The translations under genes were made by a program, and so were the position numbers. A DNA stretch of 63,587 nucleotides, filler included, from Octopus bimaculoides (Eukaryota), in NCBI RefSeq assembly GCF_001194135.2. It is 6 parts of 5 records of this genome, joined end to end, with 100 filler letters (N's around TTAATTAATTAA, not from the genome) between each part and the next. Parts side by side here need not be neighbours in the genome. Positions count along the whole stretch, not along the records: positions 35,177 to 44,660 come from NC_068988.1; positions 44,761 to 57,979 come from NC_068991.1; 4 more parts are not named here. One strand, given 5' to 3'. The notes beneath the pieces are model-generated. The model did no database searches, was not told the origin of the DNA, and saw nothing but the letters and a program-made list of their open reading frames with translations. Positions 36,427 through 50,778 of this stretch are shown here, piece after piece (position 1 is the stretch's first letter; each line of letters starts with the position of its first letter).

Positions 36427-39400
36427 TGTNNNNNNNNNNNNNNNNNNNNNNNNNNNNNNNNNNNNNNNNNNNNNNNNNNNNNNNNNNNNNNNNNNNNNNN
36501 NNNNNNNNNNNNNNNNNNNNNNNNNNNNNNNNNNNNNNNNNNNNNNNNNNNNNNNNNNNNNNNNNNNNNNNNNNNNNNNNNNNNNNNNNNNNNNNNNNNN
36601 NNNNNNNNNNNNNNNNNNNNNNNNNNNNNNNNNNNNNNNNNNNNNNNNNNNNNNNNNNNNNNNNNNNNNNNNNNNNNNNNNTGTGTGTGTCTGTGTCTGT
36701 GTGTGTGTGTGGGTGTGTGTCTGTATGTGTGTGTGTGTGTGTGTGTGTATGTGTGTGTGTGTGTGTGTGTAGCAGATAGAATGAAAACGGATATCGAAAT
36801 GAAGAAAAGAAAGCTATTTGGCCAAAGTTGACTTAATTGAAATATGATAGACGGACACTCTTTTGATTTATCTATTAGTTCCATACTGAATGCTACCAGC
36901 TAATTTCCATTGATCATTCATGCTATAAGTTGACAAATGAATGCCACTAAGTTATATATAAAAATTCAAGGCTTAATTCAAAACATTTACTGAGAATTTC
37001 TGCAAAACCTGGAATATTCATTATACACAAAGGTATTCGTTCAAGACTGACATAGTTTGACATTTCTTTTACAGGAAATGTCAAGAGAATTTATTCGGAA
37101 TTTTTTATTGTCTATAAATATATTCATCATTATCATTAATATATTGCTTTTGTTTCTACTAACATCATTAAAGTACACACGTATACTTGTGCGCGCAGGC
37201 ACACATATATGTAGATATATATGTGAGTGTTTGCATGTGTGCTTTTGCATGTGTGTTTGTGTAGGAGCGCAATGACGAAGCTAAATGCAAAGATATATAC
37301 ATCAATATATAAAATATATAATGATGAAATTTCATGACACTAGTTATATAGGAGTAAATATTATATATCTAATTAAAAGAAAAATCATTTTGTTATCACA
37401 AATAATGTGGTTGTTTTAGCACAATTATTGCGCGTCGAGCATTGAAAGGCTAACTATAAATATGCGACGAGGAAAGGCAATGACTTAATGACTGTAGGTT
37501 TCATTATTCTGATATATATACAGAAAGCAATTCGGGTGTATTTCAGGATTATTGTGATTTCATCTACAATATATAGCCTTTGCTGTAATTGCCGATATAA
37601 TGGTGACAGTGTTACTAAGTGAAAGTAAACCATTGTATATTTACTGACATAGGAAAATAAAAGTGTTTGGAGATATAATAACTCTGAGCCACTGTGCGAA
37701 TGAAAAATGGTATGGTCTAATGCTATTCAGTTGCAACGTCATGAAAGATGGTGGTCTAATGATGGTCTAATGCCATTCAGTTGCAACGTCATGAAATATA
37801 GGTTAGGTAAATATGGAAATATTGGTGAAATCCCTGTGCGCATGGAATCACGCTAATACATAAACAGTCATTTTCTTCAATTTGGTTTCGGACAGTTTTA
37901 ATTGTTTTCCGTTTCATAAAAATATTCTTGTATTATCTATAATCGTTACTCTTTCTTTCTACCATACTATACTGACAATCTCAGCTGGCTCAACTATACT
38001 GACAACTTATACTGACAACCTCAACTCGCTGCTTAGAGAATATAAGCAATCAACATTTAAAACACTTTAAATCAGTTGCTTGTAACCCAAACATGGTCGC
38101 AAAGTCGTACAAGAATGTATGGCGAGTTGTAAGGAAAACATTCTCGAAGTGGAAAGAAAATAAATCAAACTTTTCCTGATGATTTGCCTTTATAAATTTC
38201 GAATCACTGATGACCTGCATTACACTATTATCCTTGAGAAACATATTTTCTATTTCAGTGGGTCTTTTTATAATGTACTATTTCTGTGATATGGGAACTA
38301 CAGCAATCGCAACTAACAGGACTCTTCGCACTCTATTGTGTTAATTTTCTAATCTGTAAATTGTGCTGTGAGGAAATAGTTGACTATATTAAGCAGCAGT
38401 AACAATCTATATTTGATAAGTGCTTCAACACTTTACGGGGATGAGCTTATGCTCAAATATAGATGTAGGTTCAAAGAGTAACTCAACTCAGCTGAATTAT
38501 CCAATATAGAGTTCAAGAAAATTACTCGTCTTTATCATTAGTGCATTTATGAGACATGTTTATGCATATACATGCTTAAATAAATTAATAAGTAACTAAC
38601 AAGTCCATTGATGACATGATGAACTCATAATCGTCAAATTGACGGTTTCATATCCATTCCGTCACTCTATTTATATTCTTGTTGCAGTTGTGAAAGAAGT
38701 AAAAAGATCCTTCATCGGTTTCGACACTGAGTATTCTTGTTGGTCGGAATAAATAATGAATATCTTATAGATATTTATATCCTTATTGTAGTCTTCAAGC
38801 AGAATCGGCGTTACCGCACTATATGACAAAGCTCTTTAAATAATAGATACAATCCATCTGGTGGTTTTCTACACAGCTTCTGTCTTTCCAGTTTCAGTCA
38901 AACCTGGAATCTATCCACTAGGCAGTGTTCGCACCCATTCACATTGTACATGAACTTACATTCACAAAACAGGAGGTTTTTCATTTAGATTTAAGCAAAC
39001 GCAAATTTGTTATCAATAGAAAACTAGTGAAATTATTGCATTCACTTCAAAAACAGAATTTTTATTTCTTTATTCAATCAACAACGACTTAGGTTTTCCA
39101 TATCTCAATGGCAAATTCTATCACAGCTGTCACAGCTCATATCTGTCTTAGAATTGACTCATTGTACTAAGTTAAAAAGGTCCAGCCATCACTACATTCT
39201 GCTATCAACAGAAATTATTTTTCCTGTCATTTTCCACAATTAATTTTCTCTATTTATTTCCGCGTTTATGTGAGTGTACGTGCATTTCTGTGAACAAAAG
39301 ATGCGATAGAACAGGGTTTCCCTCATTGAAATTGCTTTGAAAGAAACAAAAATGTAAATATTTTGTTTTGTTTGTTTTTCTCTCTTTTACGAAATCTTGA

Positions 39401-39599
39401 TTCAGTTTTATTCCTTTTTCGACATAGTAAAACAAATTTATAATTAACTTTCAGAGTATAATATCATTGCTTACTGTAAAGTGAAAATAAAATGATATCG
39501 AGGCACGTTATACGCAATGAACTTATATACACACTGAATTTATTCTGTCAAAAAAGAGTTTCCTTCACTTTGTTCATAAAGTTATTTTGTAAATAGGAA

Positions 39600-40570
39600 C
39601 ATTTTCAAAAACACCTGATAGCGCCAGCCGCCTCAGAATATCTACCTGTAACTGCCTCACTGAAAGATCGAAGCTCAAATCTCATATTTCACCGACCCTA
39701 CCTCAGAATTTGAACGGTCACAATATACATTACAATATATCGAAGCCATCTCCCTTTCACGCGAATAACTCACGAACGTCATCTCGTTTGTCAAATCCTT
39801 TCACCCTTCCCTTGAATTTGCTTCTGTCATTTCAGAAGCCGCCATTAACTTTCTGGCCATTTCTGTTCAATCGCTCAACTCAACCACACTTCCCCCATCA
39901 ACTCCCATTCCTATCTTAACTTTTTCTTCTTTCACCCCACTCTAAGCGTGCGATTCCTTACTAGAATTCGTTCGTCTCCACCTCTATGCAGCTACGATCT
40001 GAGACGCTTTCAACTGATTCCACGTAGATATCCCTGCCTACTCTAAGACACCATTACCAGCGCCCACCAAGTCGGCTACACTTCTTCCCTCTCCTCCGCA
40101 GCCATCTCTCATCAAACTCCTCTCTTTCCCTTCACTCACCACACTTCATAATTTCAGCCGCCTCCACCATGATCCTGTCACACTTCCACTCTTCCTTAAC
40201 CCATACCATCCCTCAATCAAGCGTGCCGAAACTTGTACGATTTAATAGGACCTAACTCTTTTTTCCTCTTCTCTCCTCGGATTCATCTCTTGTTCTCGGC
40301 CTCTTTACAATACCTTTCCGTTCCAATACTAGCTCGCTTGCCAATATGTCTGATGTTTTCTCTTGTACCGCCACCAACATCCTCTACTGCCTCAAATTCT
40401 CCTTTTGCAACTTTTGGATAACTGAGTGATCCCGTCTTAAGCTTCTCTTCAGACATTGTATTGGAGAAATCCAAGCTTCACCAAAAGCGGTGATTTAATT
40501 TCTCCCTTCAAAACTAAACACCTTTTGGTCTCAATTTCCCCTTTATATAACACCTCCTCTGACACCACCA
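39600..40570 (+). mobile_element. Decayed Penelope-like RT (palm/thumb/linker) remnant
   Basis: Frameshifted segments read ISFVKSFHPSLEF, INFLAISV, FVRLHLYA, RRYP and PFTH, matching PLE RT patterns (FVNSFHPALQF, FLDI, QFLRLRR, RGYP). Confidence 0.6.
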
Positions 40571-41444
40571 CCCTCGCCTCACACCGCACTCACACACACG
40601 CACAACGAAAAAATGCACATACGCATCACACAAACTCGTACACGCTAACTTATTCCTTATACACACTCTCACAGCATATCACATTGTAACTGATACGCAT
40701 ATGGTCACATACACAATCACATTCAAATAACACTGCCATATGCATGAACACACGCACACAGACACGCACGCACACATGCAGTCAGAAAACAATATAACAA
40801 TATAACAAATACATACATGTCTGTATACACACACATACCCCAAGGTTTGTTGGTGCTTAAAACTTAATATTATAGACGTGATAAATGCACAAAAACGCGC
40901 GCACGCACACATACACACTCACACACACACACACACACAGAACATTACGACACACGTGCATATTCACTCATGCATGCACAAGTACAACTCGCCGCCTTAT
41001 AGAGTGTAAATATTGAGTTTAAAAAATGAAGTCAAAGACTGCCAGTGAGGCTCGAACCCACATCTCCAGTGAATATAACAGGCGTTCTATCCTTGGACTA
41101 AAGCAAACCTCCAAAATTCGCTTCCCAGCAAGGACTGAGACGTTTTAGGAACTAATGAATTATGGAAAGTTGAAATAATACTTATTAGGAACAGCGAATA
41201 TCGAAGCAGTACTTTACACGCTATCATTTATACAATTAATGTGCGTGAAGACGATTATCGAAGTGGTTAGGGTACTGCACCCACGATTACGAGAGCGTAG
41301 GCTCGAGTTCCTGACCGTTAGTGCATTGTGTTCACTCCGACAGCTGACGTGTGGTGCACTATGCACTGGTACAGGCAATGTCGATTTTATGGAGGGAGCT
41401 ACAGTATGCGCAGCACAAACATTTGATCACTATAAACAGATAAT

Positions 41445-41905
41445 ATGTGCAGTGGATGTGTAGTAAGAAGCTTGCATCCCAACCACATGGTTCCAGGTTC
41501 AGTCCCACTGCGTGGCACCTTGGGCAAGTGTATTCTACTATAGCTTCGGGCCGACCAACGACTTGTAAGTGGATTTGGTAGACGGAAACTGAAAGAAGCC
41601 CATCGTATATGTGTGTGTGTGTGTGTGTGTGTGTACGTATGTTTATATCTATGTGTGTCTGTCTCTGTGTCTGTGGTTGTCCCCTCCCCGTCACCGCTTG
41701 ACAAACAGTGACGGTGTGTTTACGTCCTCATAACTTAGCAGTTCAGCAAAAGAGACCGATAGAATAATTACTAGGCTTAAGAAATAAGTCCTGGATTCGA
41801 TTTGTTTGACTAAATCCCTTCAATGCGGTGCTCCAGCATGACCGCAGTCAAATGATTGGAACAAGTAAAAGAATAAAAGAATAAAAGAATAAAAGAATAA
41901 AAGAA
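41445..41905 (+). mobile_element. SINE family A, full copy
   Basis: Head, (TG)n and tail with (aaagaata)n end. Confidence 0.85.
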
Positions 41906-43339
41906 AGAAATTGCAGAACCTTCTTTTCTGGAATCGTGAGACTACCATTTCATTAATGTATGCAACAAATCTCTATAAAACATCTAATTAATGAGTAATA
42001 TGTGTAATAGGCATGTAATTAATCGTGTAATAAATGTAAATAAAAGTGCATGATATGTGCACCTGATGTGTAATTAATATAATGTAATTAACGATTAATT
42101 GACGTTTCAGAGAGAGAACACATATGAATGGAAAATCGATAGAGATATTAAATACTAAGTTAGTAGATGGTGTCAGTGAAGCTAATTTGTCGTGATGTCA
42201 TTTTAAATGTGAAGCAACATTTTACAAAATCTCAAACTAGATAGGACAGTAACAAGCAAAATTAACTCTTTCAACCTCCAGCAACAAGAATTGGTAGAGT
42301 TTGTAAAAAAAAAAAAAAAAAAAAAAAAATTTCAATTTGGCAGACACTGCGATCATGTGATCTCTATGACATCTATTATGAGTTAAGAGTCAATGTAAGT
42401 TCGAGATATTTATCAACTAAACTACAAGCACACTGATTACATGCGTAATCTAATAGCCGACTGGCTAATCTTAACACAGCATGCAACTTCCAGCTTGAAG
42501 ATAAATTCTATAGCGAGATACTGAAGATAAATCTTTTCTTGTATTCTTATGACTCACTCATTTAACAGCTTCTTTAGTTTTCTTCCTAACAAGAGACTGG
42601 TTTATGTAAGTGAGCAGTGAGTGCTTGAGCCCTAAACAACACCTCAACGATTATATCTTATGCAAATATCTACAAACGAAATGGAAGGCAAGAGGATTAT
42701 TTATTCCATTTTGTGTTGTGTTACTTAAGAAATGTTACGTTACGCACAGATAGAGTGATCTGTTAAGAATATGTATTCAGAAAGTCGCAAAATTATTTTT
42801 TCCGTCTTTGCCAACATGTTTGTGTGAGTTTGCATATATAGACTTCAGTGACCTTATGTCTATTACTTTTACAAAATATGCGTTTTTATAAATACCTTTC
42901 TCTTTCGCTTTCTTTCTAGCTCTCTTTCTCTCTCTCTCTCCTCCGCCCCTTTCTCTTTCTCTCGTGTTTACATTTTCAGAACTTCACTGTTTTACTCGAA
43001 GAAATTATCTACGAACATTTAAACGTCACTACACAACCATTTAGCAAATACGTATCTTGAACTATGCTCTACAATCTATTAAGCAAATATATATATATAT
43101 GAATAACTACATGATATAATATAATATATTGCATCTGATTACTTTGATATTTCTCTTTTCTTTTTTTTTCAATCTTAGCATACTGTTGGCTTTGATCTTT
43201 AGCGTCATTTAGCAGTTTTCCTTAATGGATATGATTAACGTCTTAATCCGTGTTTACGTTATCCAAGTTTCTTCTTTAAAAACCTTTTTGTGCTTAACAT
43301 AATTTACACTAAATATGTTTGTGCGTGTATCTATTTACA

Positions 43340-43990
43340 CTCACATAAATGTCTTATATCCCAGCTCCAACAACAACAATGTCAGCGGCTGCAACAACAA
43401 CAACAACAACGACGACAACACCAGCAGATACAGCATCAACAACACACGCCCACGGAGATACACTGGATGTTCCGGGAACTCGTTCAAACACATAGAGTTC
43501 CAGAAAGGAGATACGTAACATCACTGGCCAGCCACGTCTAGCAACTAACAGACGATGGGATGCCATACTCAATCTCATGAAAAGTCCTCGAGAACCCAGG
43601 CCCCTACATCAACGGGACAAAGCGTTGCAAGTTATGCATAGCTGAACGTGCAAGAATCTTAAACCACTCGAACCAGGGAACATCCTTAACTCTAGAACAG
43701 AGATTTTCGGGTTATGTTTACATTTCAGGAGGTTCCTCATAGCTTTCTGGAGCCTACAAGATGGCGGTACAGCCGGAAGTCGATAGCCAATAGCAAAAGG
43801 AGATAATCCTCAATTGTTACCTATGGGTAGTTGAGCATTCCCACCTCCATACTTTTAAGAGATCTTGGGCCAACAGGTTTTGGGGATCTGACGATACGTC
43901 ATAATGCTAAACCTTTCATGGGCGGAAAGACTAAGGTAATCCCATAAGCTGGCCTTCCCCATTTTTTTGATAAATACTGCTCTACATCTT
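43340..43990 (+). mobile_element. Penelope-like element remnant (GIY-YIG domain plus 3' region)
   Basis: NVLY...RYTGCSGNSFK, TSLASHV, PYINGTKRCKLCIAERARIL, NILNSRTEIFGLCLH across frameshifts. Confidence 0.78.
43883..43943 (+). ncRNA. Degenerate type I hammerhead motif downstream of a Penelope remnant
   Basis: GGGAT-CTGACGA-...CGTC/GGCG...-GAAAG-actaag-GTA-ATCCC; perfect 5-bp stem I; G in place of the C at 15.2. Confidence 0.5.
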
Positions 43991-44035
43991 AGACTGAACT
44001 TCTTTCGGATTTATATTTTTTACAAACGATCCATT

Positions 44036-44098
<63 letters not shown>

Positions 44099-44514
44099 AT
44101 ATAAAAATTTAATGTGGATCACACAACTGGAAATCTAAGGCTTAAACCAAGAACTAGTACTGAAAGACAGTAACCTTCATATAGGGTTACAAGGTCACAA
44201 GAGCAGACATAAAAGCTTATGGACCTAAAATTTTAGTCATATTTTCTAACCGTCCCTCGACTTTGCCTTTCGTGCTGTTGAGATCGATACAAGTACCAGT
44301 TGAGCATTGGGATCGATGTAATGGATTTACCCCCTTTCCCGAAATTACTTCTGCCAAAATTTGAAACCAATATAACAAACGTGCATACGAGCTCTTACAG
44401 AAGAATATGGATATAGATATACACCAAGTCCATAATGCTAGAAAGTGAACAATTCTGTTAGATTGAATCTGCCAACTGGATTGTATATCAAAGTAATACT
44501 AATGAATAGTGTAC

Positions 44515-44517
<3 letters not shown>

Positions 44518-44604
<87 letters not shown>

Positions 44605-44767
44605 AAGAAGAAGAAGAAGAAGAAGAAGAAGAAGAAGAAGAAGAAGAAGAAGAAGAAGAANNNNNNNNNNNNNNNNNNNNNNNNNNNNNNNNNNNNNNNN
44701 NNNNTTAATTAATTAANNNNNNNNNNNNNNNNNNNNNNNNNNNNNNNNNNNNNNNNNNNNCACCACC

Positions 44768-44801
<34 letters not shown>

Positions 44802-44897
44802 TCATCATCACCATCACCATCATCATCACCATCATCATCATCATCATCATCATCATATCACCATCACCATCACCATCATCATCATCATCATCATCAT
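44518..44897. repeat. (AAT)n(AAG)n, gap, (CAC/CAT)n microsatellites
   Basis: Seen directly; similar compound arrays at 35210-35352 and 58084-58250; (TG)n, (TA)n and (GA)n arrays throughout. Confidence 0.95.
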
Positions 44898-44899
44898 TC

Positions 44900-45108
44900 A
44901 GTGAACTGGTCGAATCATTAGCACGCCAGGCAAAGTGCTGAATGGTATTTCATCTGTCTTTACATTCTGAGTTCAAATTCTACAAAAGTTGACTTTGCCT
45001 TTCATCCTTTTAGGATCAATAAATTAAGTACCTGTCGAGTACTGGAGTCAATGTAATTGACTTAACCCGTCCCCCAAAATTTCAGGCATTGTGTCTATAG
45101 TAGAGACA

Positions 45109-45164
<56 letters not shown>

Positions 45165-45340
45165 CATTATTGTTAAGTGGTGGATTGGCAGGATCATCTA
45201 GTGTTATTTGCTTCAGCTCTTTCCATTCAGAGTTCAAATCCTACTGTGTTCAACTTTGCCTTACATTCTTCTACAATCAATAAAATTAAGTACCTGTGAA
45301 ATACTGGGTTAGATGGTATTGACTTACCTCCTCCCCTCTA
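44900..45340 (+). mobile_element. Two diverged SINE family B copies separated by (ATT)n
   Basis: Family B motifs gttcaaattc...gactttgcc...aattaagtacc in both. Confidence 0.7.
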
Positions 45341-46556
45341 TATAATTTAGTATTGGTTTAAAGGTTTTTGCTAAATTTATGTCGTCATTTCTGGGTATTA
45401 GTAGTCTTTGCAGGAATAAATCAGTGAGGCATAACATCTCTAGTTGTAGTTCATATTTTATATAGAATATAAACATCTTATATTATTGTGCTATTATAAA
45501 TCACTTTCGGGCACCTTCATGTCATCTTGCCTTTTGTATTATTGTTACTGCCAATGCAAAAAACTTTATCTGTTGAGTTGCAGTATTTGTTTTACAGCAT
45601 TTCTAAACAGATCACACACTATGATTAACTGCCCCCTCATACACACATGCACACACACATATGCACACACACATATGCACATGTGCACGCACACGTGCAC
45701 ACACACGTGCATACACAATCAAAATACTTTGTAATTTTCGGTATTAGATACATTTCTCACTTTGATATTACTTTTTTTTGTCTTATCAAATTTGAAGTAA
45801 ACCTGCAATAGTGTTTTTAAATAATCTGATTTTTAATTTATTTAAGTGTATGTTTGAGGATAATAAATTTAACTTCAAAGTTTTAGAATTTTGATTTTTC
45901 CATTCATCTAAGATAGTTTCTCCTCGATTCAAGGTTAGTCAGTAGTAAAGCTGTAGTTTACTATAATTTAAAAATGCTTCTTTCCTCTGCTCAAGTCATC
46001 AGCCTTTCACCTTAAGGTAATTCATTTTGATACCTTAGATGTTTCTTGTATTTAGTATTTAATGGTTTGGTATAAAGTACTCATTGTATGGTCACATCTT
46101 CTGCATAAGTGATGAGAATGACTTCCCAAAAGCTAGGTTCCATTGCTAATTACAGATATCAATAACTGTTGATTACGTATTTTTTTTACTAATCTGTTTT
46201 GAACAGGATCTTTTTTTTTTTTAAATGTTGCTTTAAATTCTGTCTATGTAATCACAAGTCATAATATTTATATAACCTTTGCTTAAGGTTTTTAAAAGAG
46301 TGAAATCAGTTTTTTTAAGGATCTCATTTGCATAAATGAAAGCTATATGTTTTATTAGTTTTGGTAGCTTTAAATGACCTCTAGCAGCCTCATTTTTTCC
46401 CCAGCTTTTGCTGTTGCGCTGTTAGCATTCACTCAAAATGAGAATTTTATATACTGATGGAGATGTTTTTAATTAATTCAAAATCTCCTTGTTTACAAAG
46501 TTGTTTGGTAAAGTAGGAAGGCTCAAGATGAAACTTGTCCCAATATTATTGCAAAC

Positions 46557-46602
<46 letters not shown>

Positions 46603-47316
46603 AATGCAACATGCATGTATATAAAATGCAATCTGTATATACCATTTAACCTTTTAGCATTTAAACTGAACCTATCAGGTCCAAATATTCTACTTTGTTC
46701 TGCGTTCAAACTGGCTAGATTCAGCCTCTCACACTACAGGGTACTATAATGTCATTCTAAAGACAAACACGCACTTCATCAAAATCTTGAAGCCACAAAG
46801 AAAAATCTGAATACTGCAACTCCTCCTGATGAAGCGGATTGACTTGCAAGAGTTTTGTGCTGGTGTCACATAAAAAGTTTTCGTGCCAGCACCACATAAA
46901 AGCTTCCTTGCTGGTGCCACATTAAGAGCACCCAGCACACACTGTAAAATGGTGTCCAGTGACAGCAGTGCACTATACAGCTATACGAGATGTCTTCTCA
47001 TGATGAATACTGCAGTATTATGATATTTTCTTGTTTATGGTTCAATCTAGGAGGAATGGCAGCACCTAATACCTTTATCAGAGCTTCCATCATCAGTGGA
47101 TAGAAGAGAGCAAGTTATTCTCAGATCTGGGGCCTGAAGACTACCACCCCAGAACAGGAATGATCCATTTGACAAGCTTCTTCATAATATCTGTCCATCA
47201 AATTTCAACCATAAGGCTTTGGTTGATCCAAGGCCATGGTAAAAGACACTTTCCAATCACTGAAATACTCAGTCACTGAAGGCTTTGGTGATAATGATCA
47301 CTTACAATTATTAGTA

Positions 47317-48604
47317 TTAGGTTGTTGAGTATGAAATTTGTAGTAAGGTATATGGTAAACTTTGATAGCTGCTCACTTTGCACCATTATTATATTTTGAC
47401 AATCTTTATTTTTTGTTAGAAAGCTGACACATCGATTTTTTTAATTCTAACTCATTTTGCACTTTATAAAGTATCTATAAATCGTTTTTTTTGCTATTTT
47501 TGTTTAGAGATGGATAAGTCAGAAATTCGTACAGTTTTGAAATATCAGTTCTTTCTTGGAAATACAGCATCACAGACAGCTGGGAATATTAATGGAGTAT
47601 TTCATTCTAATGTTATTACACAGCAGATAGGATCAAATTGGTTTGCAAAATTTCGTTTGGGTAACTTTGACCTCACAGATGAGGAACACGGTCAACCAGA
47701 AACAAAGGTAGACAATGATGAACTGAAAGCCACCGTTGAGTCAGATCCATCTCAAAGTGTCCATGAATTATCGTTGCTGTTTGATGTTAGCAAGCAAACA
47801 ATATTGACTCACCTAATTCAAATCGGTAAAGTGAAAAAGTTGGATAAGTGGGTTCCATATGAACTCAATGAGAATCAGAAACAGCAATGTTTGGAAGCCT
47901 GCTTTATGCTACTTTCTCATCACAAAAATGAATCATTTTTGAATTGAACTGTAACATGTGATGAGAAATGGATCCAATATAACAACTGCAAACATTCAGC
48001 ACAATAGTTGGACAAAGGTGAGCCACCAAAACACAGTCCAAAAAGCAAAATTCATCAAAAGAAGCTGATGGTATGTGTTTGGTGGTCTGGCACAGGTGTG
48101 ATCCATTATGATTTCATTAAATCTGGCTCATCAATCACAGCTGAAGTATACAGCAGTGAACTGGACCAAATGATGCAGAAACTTACAAAAAACAGCCTAG
48201 AGTAGTCAACAGATCCACTCCTATTTTATTGCAAGACAACGCCAGACCACACATCACAAAAATGATATTGGTGAAACTACAGGAGTTGGAGTTGGAAGTT
48301 CTCCATCATCCACCATACTTACCTAATCTTGACCCCACTGACTACCACTTCTTCCAGAATTTGGATAACTTTTTGATAGGAAAAAAAATTAATTCTGACA
48401 ATGCTGTAAAACAGGCCTTCTAAGATTTTATTGACACTAAACTGCCAGGCATTTACTGTTCTGGGCTGGACAAGCTACCACTGAAATGGCAAAAGTGTAT
48501 TGACAATATGGGTGCATACTTTGATGAATAAAACTATTCCTTGTATTTGTAAAAAATTAACAAAATTTTGTTCTTTTCTACAAATTTCATACTTGATTAC
48601 CTAA
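47317..48604 (+). mobile_element. Full-length (1288 bp) inactive mariner transposon, D,D34D transposase 47510-48530
   Basis: 27-bp TIRs TTAGGTTGTTGAGTATGAAATTTGTAG / revcomp TTAGGTAATCAAGTATGAAATTTGTAG, each flanked by TA; WVPYEL, TCDEKW, QDNARPH, HPPYLPNLDPTDY motifs; stops plus a frameshift near 48190. Confidence 0.95.
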
Positions 48605-49075
48605 TATAACCAAAAGAAATGGTGGTTTTAAATTTTGGCACAAGGCCAGCAATTTCAGTTGAGTGGATAAATTGATTATATCAACGAATTATATTAAGAC
48701 CACCCATCACCTACAAGCTTTCAAAAAGCTAAAATCTCCCAATTTTTCACTTTTGTCTGATGTTTACAGTATGCGTAGAATTCTACTGAAATAGTAGACT
48801 TAAAGATACCAGACCACCACCAGAAACAACAGGTAAAGGACATTATTTCTGAAGAAACTTATCTGTTTTCTAAAAAGCTAAAAGTGAAACATTGGGAGTG
48901 TGTAGCTTTTTGAAAGTGGTGAAGTGATGGGTAAAATTCTTAAAGATTTGTACTCTCTGTTTTTTCTCCATGGATTTGAAAAAAGTAAAAAATAAATTTG
49001 GTGTGGAGAGGGAAAAAATGAAAAATTGAGAACATGTTTTGTGGGTGAAATCCTAATCTCTTGTATCGCAAACAG

Positions 49076-49301
49076 GAATCGGAAGAAATTTGGAAAAAAA
49101 AAAAAAGTGGTGGGGAGGAAATGTCACCTTGGATTAATCAGAGGATATGTAAGAATTCACGACTACAAGAAAGCTAAGAATGTGTTGACACTCTTTGAAG
49201 AAGAAGGAATTTCACCATCAGGCCGTACTTTACGTTACCTGGCTAATGTTCTGGAGAATATCGGAGACAATGTCGACTTCACTGTACCAACTGTTGTAGA
49301 T
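49076..49301 (+). CDS. Pentatricopeptide-repeat exon, LRPPRC-like (HLGLIRGYVRIHDYKKAKNVLTLFEEEGISPSGRTLRYLANVLENIGDNVDFTVP)
   Basis: PPR helix-turn-helix consensus followed by RTLRYLANVL...VDFTVP, resembling LRPPRC KTLRLLAEIL...VPFDVP (recalled, not searched); donor GTGAGT; acceptor caaacag less certain. Confidence 0.65.
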
Positions 49302-50215
49302 GTGAGTAATAAAGAATTTATTAGTTTTTGTCTCTTCACCTTCATCTTGGCCATGACCCTATGTCTAATTTATCTACTCTTTCTCTCTCCTCCTCCCCTC
49401 TATAACTCCCATACTTCTCTCTTACCTATTCTTTCTCCTCCTCCTCTCCTCTATCACCCCCATTCTTCTTTCTTACCTATTCTCTCTATATGGTTGATTC
49501 TACCATTTCGAGCATGGCTGTTGCCAGTACCGCCTGACTGGCCCTCGTGCCGGTGGCACGTAAAAGCACCCACTACACTCTTGGAGTGGTTGGCGTTAGG
49601 AAGGGCATCCAGCTGTAGAAACTCTGCCAAATCAGATTGGAGCCTGGTGTAGCCATCTGGCTCACCAGTCCTCAGTCAAATCGTCCAACCCATGCTAGTA
49701 TGGAAAGCAGACGTTAAACGACGATGATGATGATGATGACATGCTAGAAAGAAGAGATAAAGGACGGGATTTCTGGGAAAACCTCCTTTTAAGATTATAT
49801 AGAAGATTAGGTTTTTAAATATGCTCATCACAAACACAAATTACACAATAGAAAAAGATCATTTCAATTGGGTTTGAGCTGTAAATTTGCATGTGCACAC
49901 TGCAAGAATTAACATAACTCACACAGAAGTTTTACCTAGAGTGTGTGTATGCATGTGTGTGTGTCAAAGGGAAGTTATTTTATGGCATTCTTTCATTTGA
50001 AGAAGCAAAGTTGTCAACTTAACATATATGGGATTATATGATTGTTTGTTAATTCCTGTAAAATTGGTTTAATTTCTGTATGCTTTGAAGAGAGCAGAAA
50101 TTGAAAGAGAGGATAAAGTAAAAAGGTAACATTTGCTTTGAAGTGAGAGGAGAAAGTAAAAGAGAAGAGAAAGTGTAAGATGTATGTGTATATGAAATGG
50201 ATGTGTATGTGTGTG

Positions 50216-50280
<65 letters not shown>

Positions 50281-50344
50281 GTGAGTGAAGGTGTGTGTTA
50301 TGATGTATGAAATTTTTTGTATGTATGTGCAAGTGGCACTCACA

Positions 50345-50401
<57 letters not shown>

Positions 50402-50778
50402 GCACACATTATCTTTCATATACATGTACATAAATAACCGGAGGTAAAGAATACGCACACCAACCTTGATCGTAAACATCAGGAGTGCGTATTCTTGACC
50501 TTCGTCCATAAATACATATGCATACATCTTTCTTGTGTGTGTGTGCGCGCGCGCGTGTGTGTGTGTGAGAGAGAGAGAGAGTATTTCCTCATAACATATA
50601 GAAAAATTGATGTCTTTTAATGCAATTTTTTTGGTTGTAGCTTATTTTAATACAATATTCATGTGTACATTTTCATAAATGTTTGTCTGAGTAGAATTCT
50701 AAGAATGTGTGAAACATCGGACGAAAGTGATACATTAGAAGCAAATCAAAATATTGTCTGAAAATGAACTTAAAATTG

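Noticed and set aside
37705-37800. ~35-bp near-tandem duplication
   Set aside because: Ordinary local duplication; two units only, with no CRISPR-like spacer structure.
38050-38244. 64-aa minus-strand ORF MFLKDNSV...
   Set aside because: No splice support or recognisable motif; compatible with chance.
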